A DNA stretch of 64,000 bases from positions 32,001-96,000 of the forward strand of contig CAXXHG010000046.1 of NCBI GenBank assembly GCA_963666315.2. The letters run 5' to 3'. The DNA is from Candidatus Binatia bacterium. Its GTDB lineage: Bacteria; Desulfobacterota; Binatia; Bin18. Below are positions 21,894 to 32,260 of the stretch, piece after piece (the first letter of the stretch is position 1; every line of letters begins with the position of its first letter). Position numbers and translations under genes: made by a program. The notes beneath the pieces were generated by a model. That model did not search any database. It saw only the letters and a list, made by a program, of their open reading frames with translations, and was not told the origin of the DNA.

Positions 21894-22534
21894 ATGAAAA
21901 GCCATGCTGTCCAGAGAACCAAAAAGGAGACACCGAAATCGAAAGCAGTGAAATCAGCCAAGAAACCGGCAAAAAAATTGGCCCGGACTGCTGCTCGTAA
22001 AACGGTGACAAAAAAGTGACCTCCCCCAAGAAGACGGCAATAAAAGAGAATCCGCCGCCGAAGGTCATGGCGACGAAAGTCGCGACAACTGAAATTGCCC
22101 CCCAAGAACTGGATGCCTCGAAAACGGCCACACCCCAAGACCCAATACTGCAACCAGAGCCTGCTACTCCGCCTCTTGAACTGTCACAAGGTTCTGAGGA
22201 ATTGCCTGCAAAGGATGCACCCCCGGTCACAGCTCCGCCTGTTTTTGTAGAACGTGATCTCACCGGACCAGATGGCAGCAAACGGCCGGGCTGGGAAATG
22301 TGGATCGGCGATCATTGTTTTGGTCGGGCAGATAGTAAAGACCTGTTACTTGCCAGCTTCGAGCGACTGCAGAGCCCGCCAAGCAGTTTTCACTGGCGCG
22401 AAGTCCGTAATCGTATGCCCATGCGCGGTCGACCCAGGAACGCGCCGGGACAAAAAGCCCCGAGACAGGCGCTGGCCTCCAAACAAGAGAAGCTCCCTGG
22501 GGAATTAGAGGAAGAGGTTCCAGAAATTTCTTAG
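21894..22534 (+). pseudogene. Hypothetical protein with Lys/Ala-rich histone-like N-terminus, frameshifted in an A run
   Basis: RBS GAGAGGA and ATG 21894 give MKSHAVQRTKKETPKSKAVKSAKKPAKK...VTKK*. One extra A in the A6 run at 22010-22015 joins it to the 22016-22534 ORF. Confidence 0.6.
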
Positions 22535-22569
22535 GCTGAAGACGATAGTCTGTTAAAAAAATGACATAA

Positions 22570-22597
22570 AAAAGGGTACCCAAATGGGTACCCTTTT
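22570..22597. terminator. Bidirectional intrinsic terminator
   Basis: AAAAGGGTACCCA-AA-TGGGTACCCTTTT between convergent genes. Confidence 0.75.
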
Positions 22598-22656
22598 CTC
22601 GTCAATTGCTCCCCAACGGGCTTCGCTACGGGTCAGGAGATCTCTAGGAGGACCTC

Positions 22657-22977
22657 CTAGCCCTCAGACAATTGCTTCAGATCTTCGGCCCAATTCTCGT
22701 AAGGGCGGAGGGGGATAACCTCAACGTCCTTGACGATATGCGCGTAGCCGAGCTGCCAGATGGGCAGACTGTGAATCGCAGCATCAAGCGCGTCGCCGGA
22801 TTCCACGTCCATCACCAGTATTACCTCAGGCTTTCCTGCGACTTTCCATATCCCTTTAATGACTCCAGCTTCCTTCGCAGCTAAGGCAGCTTCAGACTCC
22901 TTGCGCCACACAGTATAAAAATCTTTGTTCGACATATCGGCGGGTTTCTCGATGTGCGCCTTGAACAGAACCAGCAC
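22657..22977 (-). CDS. Muconolactone delta-isomerase family protein
   Basis: 106 aa; E..AA....EAGVIKGIWKVAG, DVESGDALDAAIHSLP, VEVIPL; RBS AAGGAG. Confidence 0.75.
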   Translation of the reverse strand: MLVLFKAHIEKPADMSNKDFYTVWRKESEAALAAKEAGVIKGIWKVAGKPEVILVMDVESGDALDAAIHSLPIWQLGYAHIVKDVEVIPLRPYENWAEDLKQLSEG

Positions 22978-23119
22978 GGTGTTCTCCTTTCTTCTGTAAT
23001 GTACAATTCTTTAGATTTGACCTATAGCCGACCCTTCACCAATCCGTCAAATCCTCTCCATAAGCAGGAGTCTTCTCCGCATGCGCTGGACAAGATGACA
23101 TTGCAAGCGTAAAGAAAGT

Positions 23120-24919
23120 ATGCATCTGTCTGAAATGGTGGAATCACAGCACACAACGATATCTAGTGCATTCTGGGGAGAGCCTCCACAAGCGAGTGTA
23201 TCTCGCTCAACCCCGAGCGAGAAAGTCCTTGCGCGGCTACGTTGGCTAGCCTTGGGCATATGGGGCGGCTTGCTAGAGCTCAATCCACACACTATGCTCC
23301 TGCCATTTGCGCATTACTGTCTCGGCGCAGGATTTGTCTACTGCACCTTCGGACAATATTTTGCGTACCGTCAGTATAAAGGCTATCTTCTTACCTTTCC
23401 CATAGGCCTCACCGATATTGCCTTTGTGGCGATCCTGTGTGCGTTCAACGGCGGTCTGTCTAGCCCAGCGTATGTCTATTTCTACGGACTCACATTAATC
23501 GCAACGCTCCGTTTTGGCTGGCAAGCAGGGTTTGGGATGGCCCTCCTGTCAAGTCTGACGGCTGGGCTGCTGTTTGCGCTGGCGCAGCCAGCAATATTCC
23601 CTCTCGCTTATCTGAGTGCAGATCTGGGCCTCCGATGTGTCCTCTTGTTCGGTATCGCCGGGCTCACCGGCCTCTTTTTTGGGCGAGAACAATCCCAGAC
23701 CAGCCAGCCCACGCCGGTTGTCCAAAAACAACCATTGGAACAACCACCAGCCGATCCTCTTCAGACTCTCAGTGAAGCACCTCTCACGCTTGAGCTCAAC
23801 AGTCTGTTACAACGCATTGTGGATGAAACGTTACAACGTATCCCCTGTCATGGAGTCGGTTTTGTCCTACTTCAGCCCGATACCCAAACGTACGAACACG
23901 TAGTCTCTGCCGGAAGCTTTCCCCTCCTGCCGGCATCCACATGGAAACAGGCGTTGGCCGCAGGAGGTGTCCTGCATAGTGCTCTTCACCACACCCCTGT
24001 GGTCCTCAATACACCACAAGATCTTCAGTCTCGCCTACAATCTCTTTCGGATACTATACTTGCGCAAAGGCATCTCCTTATTCTTCGGCTTGGTGACACA
24101 CCTGCGCTGGGTTGCTTTGTCTTGATTGATAGAAACCATCCGGATGGATTTCGTCCGGAGGATATCCGACTCCTTACCGAGATTGCGCAACTCACGGCTC
24201 CAGCGGTAAAGAATGCCTACGCTTTTACCGAAGCCAGCAGGTCATCGAAAGAACTGCGCGGCCTCCTGCATGCCGTGCTCGATGCGCAAGAGGAAGAACG
24301 CCAGCGTGTTGTCAGTGAATGGCACGACCAGTTGGGAAAAAGGCTGTTTCGCATGCTGCAAGATTTTCGGGGTTGTCAGGAATTTGTCCTTCAGCACGCC
24401 CCCGAAGGACGCGAACGCTTTGCCAAGCTGGCCTCTGAGATCGATTCGATTGCGGCCTTGGTCCGCCAGTTCGCCGATGACCTCCTGCCTCCTGTGCTTG
24501 AAGATTTCGGTTTTGTCGCCGCTGTGCGCGAATATGCGATCGAGCTGCAAGAGCACGAACCTTTTGAGGTCGTTATGCAGGCCGACAACGACGACCCGCC
24601 ATTGTCTACCCAGACGAGTCGTAAGCTCTTTCGGATTACGCAAGAAGCCCTCCTAAACGTCAAGAAACACGCGAAGGCCCAGCATGTCCGGATTGCGCTC
24701 ACCTTTGAGCAATCCGGGGTATCCCTCATGATTAAAGATGATGGTCAAGGATTTAATCGCGCAGCCTACACCCCTGGCCACTACGGTCTTCTGTATATGC
24801 GTGAACAGGCTGCTGCGTGTGGCGGACGGTTTTCTGTCCAGAGTGAGCAAGGGCAGGGAACCGAGGTCCGGGTAGAGCTACCGCTAGAAAAAGACACACT
24901 TCCAGCACCGTTGACGTAA
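23120..24919 (+). CDS. Membrane sensor histidine kinase (TM region, GAF, HisKA_3, HATPase)
   Basis: AQEEERQRVVSEWHD, FRITQEALLNVKKHA, IKDDGQGF, GHYGL..MRE, GQGTEV. Confidence 0.9.
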   Translation: MHLSEMVESQHTTISSAFWGEPPQASVSRSTPSEKVLARLRWLALGIWGGLLELNPHTMLLPFAHYCLGAGFVYCTFGQYFAYRQYKGYLLTFPIGLTDIAFVAILCAFNGGLSSPAYVYFYGLTLIATLRFGWQAGFGMALLSSLTAGLLFALAQPAIFPLAYLSADLGLRCVLLFGIAGLTGLFFGREQSQTSQPTPVVQKQPLEQPPADPLQTLSEAPLTLELNSLLQRIVDETLQRIPCHGVGFVLLQPDTQTYEHVVSAGSFPLLPASTWKQALAAGGVLHSALHHTPVVLNTPQDLQSRLQSLSDTILAQRHLLILRLGDTPALGCFVLIDRNHPDGFRPEDIRLLTEIAQLTAPAVKNAYAFTEASRSSKELRGLLHAVLDAQEEERQRVVSEWHDQLGKRLFRMLQDFRGCQEFVLQHAPEGRERFAKLASEIDSIAALVRQFADDLLPPVLEDFGFVAAVREYAIELQEHEPFEVVMQADNDDPPLSTQTSRKLFRITQEALLNVKKHAKAQHVRIALTFEQSGVSLMIKDDGQGFNRAAYTPGHYGLLYMREQAAACGGRFSVQSEQGQGTEVRVELPLEKDTLPAPLT

Positions 24920-24959
24920 GTGTCTGGCTGAAACCGACGTGCTGAAGTAGGCGTGCGCA

Positions 24960-25256
24960 GGTTCGTTGCCGTTTTTGGCTGGCCCGATAGATAAAAGCAA
25001 GAATTTCTGCCACAGTTTAGTATACGTGCGTGGGTACCTCCTGATCAAGATCGAGCCGTGAGAGGACCTGGATCATATCCTTATCCTCGTGAATTGGAAT
25101 CTTATGTTCACGCGCGGGCTGTACGATGCGTTTGGCCACATCTCCACGGCCTTTGGCCGTCACCAGAGGCGCACGATCTTCCCGCGGCGCGTATCGGCGA
25201 GCGACCGCCTGATATGATGCACCTTTAGAGCTCGAGGGAGTCTGCTTTGCTGCCAT
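24960..25256 (-). pseudogene. FlhB C-terminal-like (YlqH/EscU-type) export switch protein with nonsense mutation
   Basis: AP.VTAKGRG.VAKRI...AREH.IPIHED...EVPTHVY*TVAEILAFIYR. TAA at 25019-25017 replaces the expected Gln. The 3' end is approximate. Confidence 0.8.
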
Positions 25257-25257
25257 A

Positions 25258-26412
25258 TTAGACCTTCACATCCAGGAGACTCACGCTATGTGGCACTCCA
25301 CAAGCTGCTGTTAATGCCTCAAATGGCTGCCTTTTGCCTGGCGAGAGCAGGGCATAGGGCTTTGCTGAGAGCTGCAAGTGGGTATAATCCAGCGCGTGTA
25401 AGATTTCCTCAAAAACTGGGAATTCTTCACGGAGAAAGGCCTCTGCACCCGTCTCCTCAACCTAGAAAGTCGCCTTGAGGGACTGTTCAGTCAGCTGGGC
25501 ATCGACCCGTGTCAGGCCTAAGCCCCCAAGGTCGAGCAGAAATAGCAGGTGGTAGTGTGACTGTTCTCCACGGTCTTCCTGCTCCACGGTCTCTCGTACG
25601 CTTTCCCGATCATGTCCAATCGAGACATACGCCGCCGTCAGGACATGCCCGTCCAGAATCGGCAACTGGAGTTGTATAGGTTCGCCACGTGCTTGCGCCA
25701 AAAGATTCGTCGCTTGTTGCCGCTCGATCTGGCTCAAATGTGCGGTCAGAGGAGAGAGGTCCTCCGACCTTTTCGATACTGCCAGCAGATCATCAAGAAC
25801 CTGGAGGAGCAACCCTTTCACATCGGCTTCCGCAACTGTTTTCAGCGCTTGCGGAGAGAGCCGGTTCAGGCCGAGCAGCTTTGCCTCATATTGCAAGCCA
25901 GTAGCGCGAACCAATGCTGCAATATGTTCTGCATTCAGTCGCGTTCCCTCTGGCACGAGCGCGGTAAGCAAAGCCCGGAGCTGAGTCACACTTGCTGGGA
26001 CTTCGTATCCCGGCGCATCCGTGATGCGTACCAGCGCTTCCAAAAGGGCGGCGAGTGAACTATCAGCGTCGGTCTGGTGCGGTAAGGACATCCGGAGTAA
26101 GTTGAGTGTTTGCCCCTCATCGCCCTGCACATGGTTCAGCATGCGTAAGACTACCTGCGGCTGGAGTTGTTCGACACGAACGAACAGTGAGTCGCCGACG
26201 TTGAGCCCGCCCGAAGCGGTTGTCGCTAATAGCGTGCCACGGACATTCACCAAGTAACGACCGCTCGCCAAGCGATCAGCAACCGACACGTGGAGTTCTT
26301 CGCCAACTGCGAGATGGGGTTGGGACTGCCCGGGTCTTTGAACTCCCGCATGCTTACTGCCTACAGCCCTACGGGCACGCGAGGGATCTAACCTTCCACC
26401 TTCGACCTTCAC
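25258..26412 (-). pseudogene. FliK-like hook-length control protein with in-frame TAG
   Basis: Frame continues through TAG 25464-25462 (LKATF*VEETGAEAFL...LLDVKV*) to TAA at 25258, 1 nt before the flhB-like ATG. Contains the LFLLDLGGLG..RVD motif. Confidence 0.7.
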
Positions 26413-26512
26413 ATTCCTTAGTATACCGGATATGCAAGATGTATGGGGAGTCGTCGCGATCACCTCGTACTTCCCCGGCTGCAGTCGTGTAGACAATAAA
26501 GGAGTCTCTGAC

Positions 26513-27643
26513 ATGAAATTTCATCTTTTCATTTATGCTACCTTGGGCCGCCGACATGAACTTGAAGCCGGGATGGCAGGAAAACGACCCGAGCTCTATC
26601 AGCGCATGCTCGACGAGGTGGCTGAATATGTCCAGTTTGCGGATGAGGTAGGCTATGCCGGCTTTGGCCATCCCGAACACCATCTGCAAATTGAAGGATT
26701 TGAAGCCAGCAATGAACCCGGTCTGCTGTCCATGTGGATCGGCCAGCATAGCAAAAAGCTACGAGTGAATATGGTCGGCTGGGTGGCACCGACACATAAT
26801 CCGGTCCGTACGGCAGAGTATATTGCCACGCTGGATCACATGCTCAAAGGACGCCTGGCAGTGGGCATAGTCCGGGGCTATCAGACACGCTGGGTACATA
26901 ATTTTCGTATTCGGCCTGACCTGAATGCCGTTGGTGAATGGAACCGCAATTCGGCAGAGGACGACGCGAACCGCGAATACTTCCGCGAGTTCGTTGAAAT
27001 CGTGCTCAAAGCCTGGAAAGAAGACACCTTTAGTTACAAAGGGAAATACTGGACTATTCCGCCGGATGATTTTGTCAATCCGCACCAGCAGCCGGTGTAC
27101 ACCGAGTATGGGGCAGGTGTGGATGACACTATGCGCATTCGTGAAATCGGCATTGCGCCGAAGCCGTATCAAGACCCGCATCCGCCCCTCTATGGCGGGT
27201 TTACGCACAGTATGCGTACGGCACTCTTCTGGGCACGCCATGGCGGCAAACCCATCGTGCTGTCCTCAGACCTCGACTTTTGCCAGCGACTGTGGGCCGG
27301 CTATCACGACGAAGCCTTGAAACATGGCCACGATGTTCAGCCGGGAGACGAAGCCGCCTGGGGCGGCGCAATGATCTGCCATCCCAATAAGACGACGGCC
27401 CAAGAGTGGCTGACTGATCCGATGTGGATGTGGGATAAGTGGTTCAGCCCGTTTGGACAAGGCCACCCAGAGCTGCTGGTCGGCGATCCGGATTCCATTT
27501 CTCGGCGAATCGAAGAAGCCAGCAAAAAGTTTCCCATCAAAGAATGTTTTCTCCTCATCCCGCAAGGCATTCATGAACGTGAGCAGATCATGAGTTCGCT
27601 CGATCTGTTTGCCAACAAGGTCATGCCGCGCTTTGCAGACTGA
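26513..27643 (+). CDS. LLM-class flavin-dependent oxidoreductase
   Basis: RBS AAAGGAG; GHPEHH, HNPVRTAEYIATLDHM.KGRL, PKPYQDPHPP, LFANKVMPRF. Confidence 0.9.
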   Translation: MKFHLFIYATLGRRHELEAGMAGKRPELYQRMLDEVAEYVQFADEVGYAGFGHPEHHLQIEGFEASNEPGLLSMWIGQHSKKLRVNMVGWVAPTHNPVRTAEYIATLDHMLKGRLAVGIVRGYQTRWVHNFRIRPDLNAVGEWNRNSAEDDANREYFREFVEIVLKAWKEDTFSYKGKYWTIPPDDFVNPHQQPVYTEYGAGVDDTMRIREIGIAPKPYQDPHPPLYGGFTHSMRTALFWARHGGKPIVLSSDLDFCQRLWAGYHDEALKHGHDVQPGDEAAWGGAMICHPNKTTAQEWLTDPMWMWDKWFSPFGQGHPELLVGDPDSISRRIEEASKKFPIKECFLLIPQGIHEREQIMSSLDLFANKVMPRFAD

Positions 27644-27660
27644 CCACGTGGCCAGATGAT

Positions 27661-29790
27661 GTGGACAGGCCGTTGAGAACCCATGCCCCATCAACCAGGC
27701 GTTCCCCCTCAGGGAAGGGGTCAGCTACGGCTGGGATACGCGTCGGCATCGACATAGGCGGGACATTCACCGATGTCCTTGCCTATGATGAAGAAGGCCT
27801 GGTCTTCCGCAAGAAGCTCCCTTCTGCCCCAGATTCGTCTGCCAGTTTTCAAGCCGCGTTTGCCGCCCTGTGGAGCCAGCATCTTCACCCTGCCCAACTC
27901 TGCTACAGCACAACGGTGGCCACAAACGCACTGCTCGAACAGCAGCTACCGCCTATCGGGCTGCTCGTCACAGAAGGTTTTCGCCATATCTTGGAGCTTA
28001 CCCAGCCGCAAACCGATGAAGAAAACACACCGATGTCGCAGAGAGAGACCCTTCGCCCACTCGTTCCCCTAGAGCGCATCCGAGAAGTGCGTGAGCGCAT
28101 GGATGCAAAGGGCAGAGTGCAACGTCCGCTCGATGAGGACGCCGTGCGCACTGTTGCGGCGTGGTGCCGCGTGCAAGGCCTGACAACCATAGCTGTCTCA
28201 CTGCTGCACAGCTATCGCAACCCTGCGCATGAGAGACGCCTGAGGCATATTTTTGGAGGAGAAGATCCGCACCTGCGCGTCGTCCTGTCCTCCGATGTCT
28301 TCCCCGAATTTCACGAATACGAACGCACGGTGGCCACGTGTCTCAACGCGAGCTTACTCTCGCTCATGGGAAATCACCTCGATCAGGTGACGCAACAGCT
28401 TGAGCAGCACGGGGTTGCTCTTCCTCTTCTTGTCATGCAGTCGAGCGGTGGACTGCGCAGCACGAAAGTCATACGCCAACGCCCGCTGGCAACCCTCTTC
28501 TCCGGACCCAGCGCTGCAGCAGTTGGCATGGCTCGACTCGGAGTCCACGCCGGCGTTCCTGACCTGATTACGCTCGACATGGGAGGCACCTCAGCTGATA
28601 TTGCGCTCATCCAGGACGGCTGCCCTCTCCTGACGACCCGCGGTCAGGTCGGTGGCTATCCAATTCGGACGCTGACGATTGATATCATCTCTATTGGCGC
28701 CGGCGGGGGGTCGATTGCCACAGTTGGGGCGGACCAACGCTGGCATATTGGGCCACGCAGTGCGGGCTCCAGGCCGGGTCCGGTCTGTTATGGGCGAGGC
28801 GGAACAGAGGTGACCGTAACGGATGCCAACCTCTTGCTCGGTCGGCTGCCGCCTACCCTGCTGAACGGAGAGATATCGCTGTATGCGCAACAGGCTGAGG
28901 AGGCGCTGGCCAGTTTTGGACAGTCACGGAGCAAAGGGTCCGCTGAAACAGCCGCTGATCTTATTCAATTGGTCAATCACAATATGTGTGGAGTCATTCG
29001 GCGCGGATGCACCCAGCGCGGTCTCGATCCGCGGGATTCGGTCTTGATGGCCGTCGGGGGAGCCGGCCCACTCCACGCGGTCGATCTTGCTGACCTTTTA
29101 GGCATTGCCACTATTATCGTTCCCCGAGATCCGGGATTTGCTGCAGCTGCGGGTTTATTTGTGGCTGATATCAGAGAAGATCTTGCTCAGGCCTGTCCCC
29201 AAAAAGAATCCGCGCTCGATCCGGCGCAACTGACACACATTATGACTGAACTTGAACAGCAGGCACAGATCGTCTTCGCTGAAGAGAACATTCCTGCAAC
29301 CTCCCGACAGCTCATCCGTTCCGTGGACTGCCATTACCTCGATATGTCGGCCCAACTGACCATGGACCTGCCTGAGGGAACTCTCACCTCAGAGATCTTG
29401 CAGCAGGCGATTGCACAGTTTCATAACAAACACGAACAGCTGTACGGTTTTGCGTTTCGCCAGCGTCGGGAGGTCGTGTTAACGACCCTCCGTATGGGCG
29501 TGATAGGTATTCGGCCTAAGTTTGCTCTTCCCGCTCATATCCCCCCTGGGCCAGACGTTATCCTGCCTAAAGCGGAGCGGGCGGTTTTCTTTTTTGCTCC
29601 GAACCATTTTGTCGATTGTCCAGTCTACGACCGGACAGTGTTCGGAGCGGGCGCCCGCCTCAATGGCCCGGCCATTATCGAGCAGTATGACACCACAACG
29701 CTCATTCCGCCGCATTTTCAGGCACACGTCGATATGTTTGGCAATCTCATTTTGAAGCGAGCGGTCCCAGGCTATAATACCGCGGCATGA
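27661..29790 (+). CDS. Hydantoinase/oxoprolinase family, A-type (ATP-binding) subunit 1
   Basis: GIDIGGTFTD, STTVATNALL, EYERT, SGPSAA, DMGGTSADI, IGAGGGSI, TVTDANL, GGAGPLHA. Confidence 0.92.
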   Translation: MDRPLRTHAPSTRRSPSGKGSATAGIRVGIDIGGTFTDVLAYDEEGLVFRKKLPSAPDSSASFQAAFAALWSQHLHPAQLCYSTTVATNALLEQQLPPIGLLVTEGFRHILELTQPQTDEENTPMSQRETLRPLVPLERIREVRERMDAKGRVQRPLDEDAVRTVAAWCRVQGLTTIAVSLLHSYRNPAHERRLRHIFGGEDPHLRVVLSSDVFPEFHEYERTVATCLNASLLSLMGNHLDQVTQQLEQHGVALPLLVMQSSGGLRSTKVIRQRPLATLFSGPSAAAVGMARLGVHAGVPDLITLDMGGTSADIALIQDGCPLLTTRGQVGGYPIRTLTIDIISIGAGGGSIATVGADQRWHIGPRSAGSRPGPVCYGRGGTEVTVTDANLLLGRLPPTLLNGEISLYAQQAEEALASFGQSRSKGSAETAADLIQLVNHNMCGVIRRGCTQRGLDPRDSVLMAVGGAGPLHAVDLADLLGIATIIVPRDPGFAAAAGLFVADIREDLAQACPQKESALDPAQLTHIMTELEQQAQIVFAEENIPATSRQLIRSVDCHYLDMSAQLTMDLPEGTLTSEILQQAIAQFHNKHEQLYGFAFRQRREVVLTTLRMGVIGIRPKFALPAHIPPGPDVILPKAERAVFFFAPNHFVDCPVYDRTVFGAGARLNGPAIIEQYDTTTLIPPHFQAHVDMFGNLILKRAVPGYNTAA

Positions 29791-31145
29791 TTACTGAACA
29801 GCCTCCTCGTTGGGCTTTCTTGTCCTCCCCCCGGTGGCAGCTGGGCTGGCAGATTAGCCTTAATCTCGTTCTTCTTCTATCAGCGTTCGCGCTCTGGAAA
29901 TGGGTCACCTGGCGCGCAGTGTATTTCATGGCCCTGGTTCCGATCGCCATTGTCCCCTTCTCTTATGCTCGGCTTCGCCTCCACTCTCAATGCGTTCAAC
30001 TTTTTGGTTCCCATGCAGCACTTCTTGCTCTATTTGCCATTTTCGGCATGTTCTGTGACGCGACCATGATCGCCCAGATCCTCACTGCGCGTTCCGGTAG
30101 CCCCTTGCCCTTTCTCCATAGCCCAGGGATCGCCTGGATCGGCACAATCTGGTTTAGCACCTACGGCCTGCTCTTATTGGGGTATGCCGCGGTAGGAATC
30201 CTGTGCGTTGGTCAACGCGGGGTACAGTGGCTTTTTCAGCGGTATCGGCAGCGCCAACCGGATGCTCTGTCTTCTCTTGAACGGCGACAGTTTCTGCAAC
30301 AGCTTGGTCTCGTAGGCGCTGGAGCACCGTTTTTCTTTTCGCTTTCCAGTGTGAAACTGACGTATGATTTCCGAGTCGAAGAGCGAGAGATCAGTCTGTC
30401 CTCTTGGCCGCAGGCGTATGACGGTCTGCGTATTGCTCACTTGTCAGACATTCATGTTGGCGGAGGCATGGATCGCCCCAAGCTCCTGGACGTAGCGGCA
30501 CTGACGAATGCCGCTAAGCCTGACATCGTTCTCCATACAGGGGATTTTCTTACTCACCGGACCGGGGATTTTGATGCACCCCTGTATGAAGCCCTGGCGC
30601 AGATTCGTGCGCCCTACGGCCAGTGGGCATGTTTAGGCAATCACGATTTTGATACGCCCAGACGCTTAGTACATCGTTTACGTCAGGCTGGAGTGATCAC
30701 GCTGCGCAATCGCATTATTACTCTGCCTCTAGATGGATATCCGATTGAGTTGGCCGGCATCGACTTTCTTTTTCAGCGCCTTGACCAGGCAGCTTTATAC
30801 CAGCGCATCGTCACGTCCTGGGGACCGCGAGAGTCCGCGCCGCGCCTCCCTCGCATATTGCTCAACCACGATCCACGTGCCTTCACCGCCCTGCCGGCCG
30901 GCTGTGCGGATCTCGTGTTGTCCGGCCACACGCATGGCGGTCATGTCGGTATTCAGCTTGGGAAAGGCCGCGCACTTAGCATTGTCGGGCTGCTTGGTAT
31001 TCCCGATCAAGGCATTTTTCACCGAAAGGATATGCAGATGTTTGTCACCCGCTGTGTGGGTTTCTACGGCTACCCCATGCGGCTGGGTATTCCACCCGAG
31101 ATTGCTATTTTGACGCTGCGGTCACGAGGTTCTGTCTCCTTGTAG
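29787..31145 (+). CDS. Membrane-anchored metallophosphoesterase (YkuE/YaeI-like)
   Basis: N-terminal TM helices; HLSDIH, TGD, GNHD, LNHDP, SGHTHGG, R.GIPPEI. Confidence 0.88.
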   Translation: MITEQPPRWAFLSSPRWQLGWQISLNLVLLLSAFALWKWVTWRAVYFMALVPIAIVPFSYARLRLHSQCVQLFGSHAALLALFAIFGMFCDATMIAQILTARSGSPLPFLHSPGIAWIGTIWFSTYGLLLLGYAAVGILCVGQRGVQWLFQRYRQRQPDALSSLERRQFLQQLGLVGAGAPFFFSLSSVKLTYDFRVEEREISLSSWPQAYDGLRIAHLSDIHVGGGMDRPKLLDVAALTNAAKPDIVLHTGDFLTHRTGDFDAPLYEALAQIRAPYGQWACLGNHDFDTPRRLVHRLRQAGVITLRNRIITLPLDGYPIELAGIDFLFQRLDQAALYQRIVTSWGPRESAPRLPRILLNHDPRAFTALPAGCADLVLSGHTHGGHVGIQLGKGRALSIVGLLGIPDQGIFHRKDMQMFVTRCVGFYGYPMRLGIPPEIAILTLRSRGSVSL

Positions 31146-31201
31146 GTCAATTTTCTATCAACACATATTGATTCGCCACGCCGGGCTTGTAGCTTGGGTC
31201 C

Positions 31202-31448
31202 ACGAAAGAACTCGACGTGACAGAGTTTCAGACCAATTGTTTAGCCATCCTAGATGAGGTCAATAGGACCGGCCAGACCGTCATCATCCGCAAAAGAGGC
31301 AAAGCCGTTGCGCAGTTGGTTCCGCTAGCCTCCCAAATAGACCAGTATCCGCAGCAGTCGCTTATCGGCACTGCTACCATTACAAGGTGACATTATTTCG
31401 CCTGTTCTCGACCCCGACGAATGGGAAACTGATGAACCTCAGAAGTGA
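31202..31448 (+). pseudogene. Phd/YefM antitoxin remnant
   Basis: ACG (lost start) KELDVTEFQTNCLAILDEVNRTGQTVIIRKRGKAVAQLVP..., then a frameshift to GDIISPVLDPDEW. Confidence 0.75.
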
Positions 31449-31818
31449 ATGCGCACATTCAGATTAATCTCATCGTACGGAAGAGTGGGGGCTTGAGCTG
31501 CACCACGACGCTTCCCTTTTAGCTCGACCAAGCCCAAACGAGAGAGAAAAGCAAGATCTTGGCTGACATTTTGATATCGCGTTCTACCTGCCCAGCCAGC
31601 TCCCGCACAGACCGAGGCGTATGCTCAGCAATAGCCCACAAAAGGTCGAGTCGTTTCGGGGACAACGCTTTACGGAACGCCTCTAAGGTGGAGAAGTATA
31701 ACTCCTCTTCCCGTTCGGGCAGTTTTTCTCCTGCATCAATCCGTCTTGCTATTGCTTTCGCCTCTTTCAGCGAATCCTCGGGGCGTTGCACGCCAATCTT
31801 AATACGTCGAACTTTCAT
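31439..31818 (-). pseudogene. HVO_A0114-like HTH DNA-binding protein (putative antitoxin), frameshifted
   Basis: LSPKRLDLL..I....P.SVRELA..VERDIK; one added A restores NVSQDLAFLSRLGLVEL...PYDEI. Confidence 0.8.
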
Positions 31819-32111
31819 CGCTTACCTTCCAGAATACGTTGAACATCGTTGGCGAAATCGTCGAGTAATTCTTCAAGTCCTCGAAAGACGTATTGCGCTT
31901 CTTGTCCGCGAATATGTCGATGATGTCCTTTCCCTGGATGAATATCGTACCCAATAATTTTCGATCCGTTTTCGGGATCGACCTAGTAAAAAGAATACTT
32001 GATGCCTTCTGTGTATGTTCGACTGACTGGCACTTCATATATCCGAATCTCTCTGAGTAGCCCGCCAGGCAAATAGTCCTTGAGATGCAATAGCTGGCGA
32101 GCCTTTGGCAT
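31815..32111 (-). pseudogene. DUF6516 (TumE-like) putative toxin with in-frame TAG
   Basis: MPKARQLLHLK...EVPVS..Y.EGIKYSFY*VDPENG..IIGYDIHPGKGHHRH..G.E..Y.F.GLEELLDDF. TAG at 31985-31983; ATGA overlap with the partner gene. Absent from the ORF track. Confidence 0.8.
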
Positions 32112-32260
32112 ACTGATGGCATCTTGTACCATCACACAATTTCATTCAATAAAATTCACTCCAGAAACCCTACTTGCTTGTCGCAGACCCCCAACCTCCC
32201 AGCTCCTTTCCGTAGACAGGGCAAGCCGAGCACCATACACTGCGCCTGAGGAGGGGGAAC

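Noticed and set aside
21685-22281. 198-aa hydrophobic minus-strand ORF
   Set aside because: It is the antisense shadow of the Lys-rich plus-strand gene; AAA/AAG codons read as Phe/Leu on the reverse strand.
31799-32122. 107-aa minus-strand ORF from the track
   Set aside because: It is a shadow frame; the recognisable DUF6516 sequence is in another frame (31815-32111).
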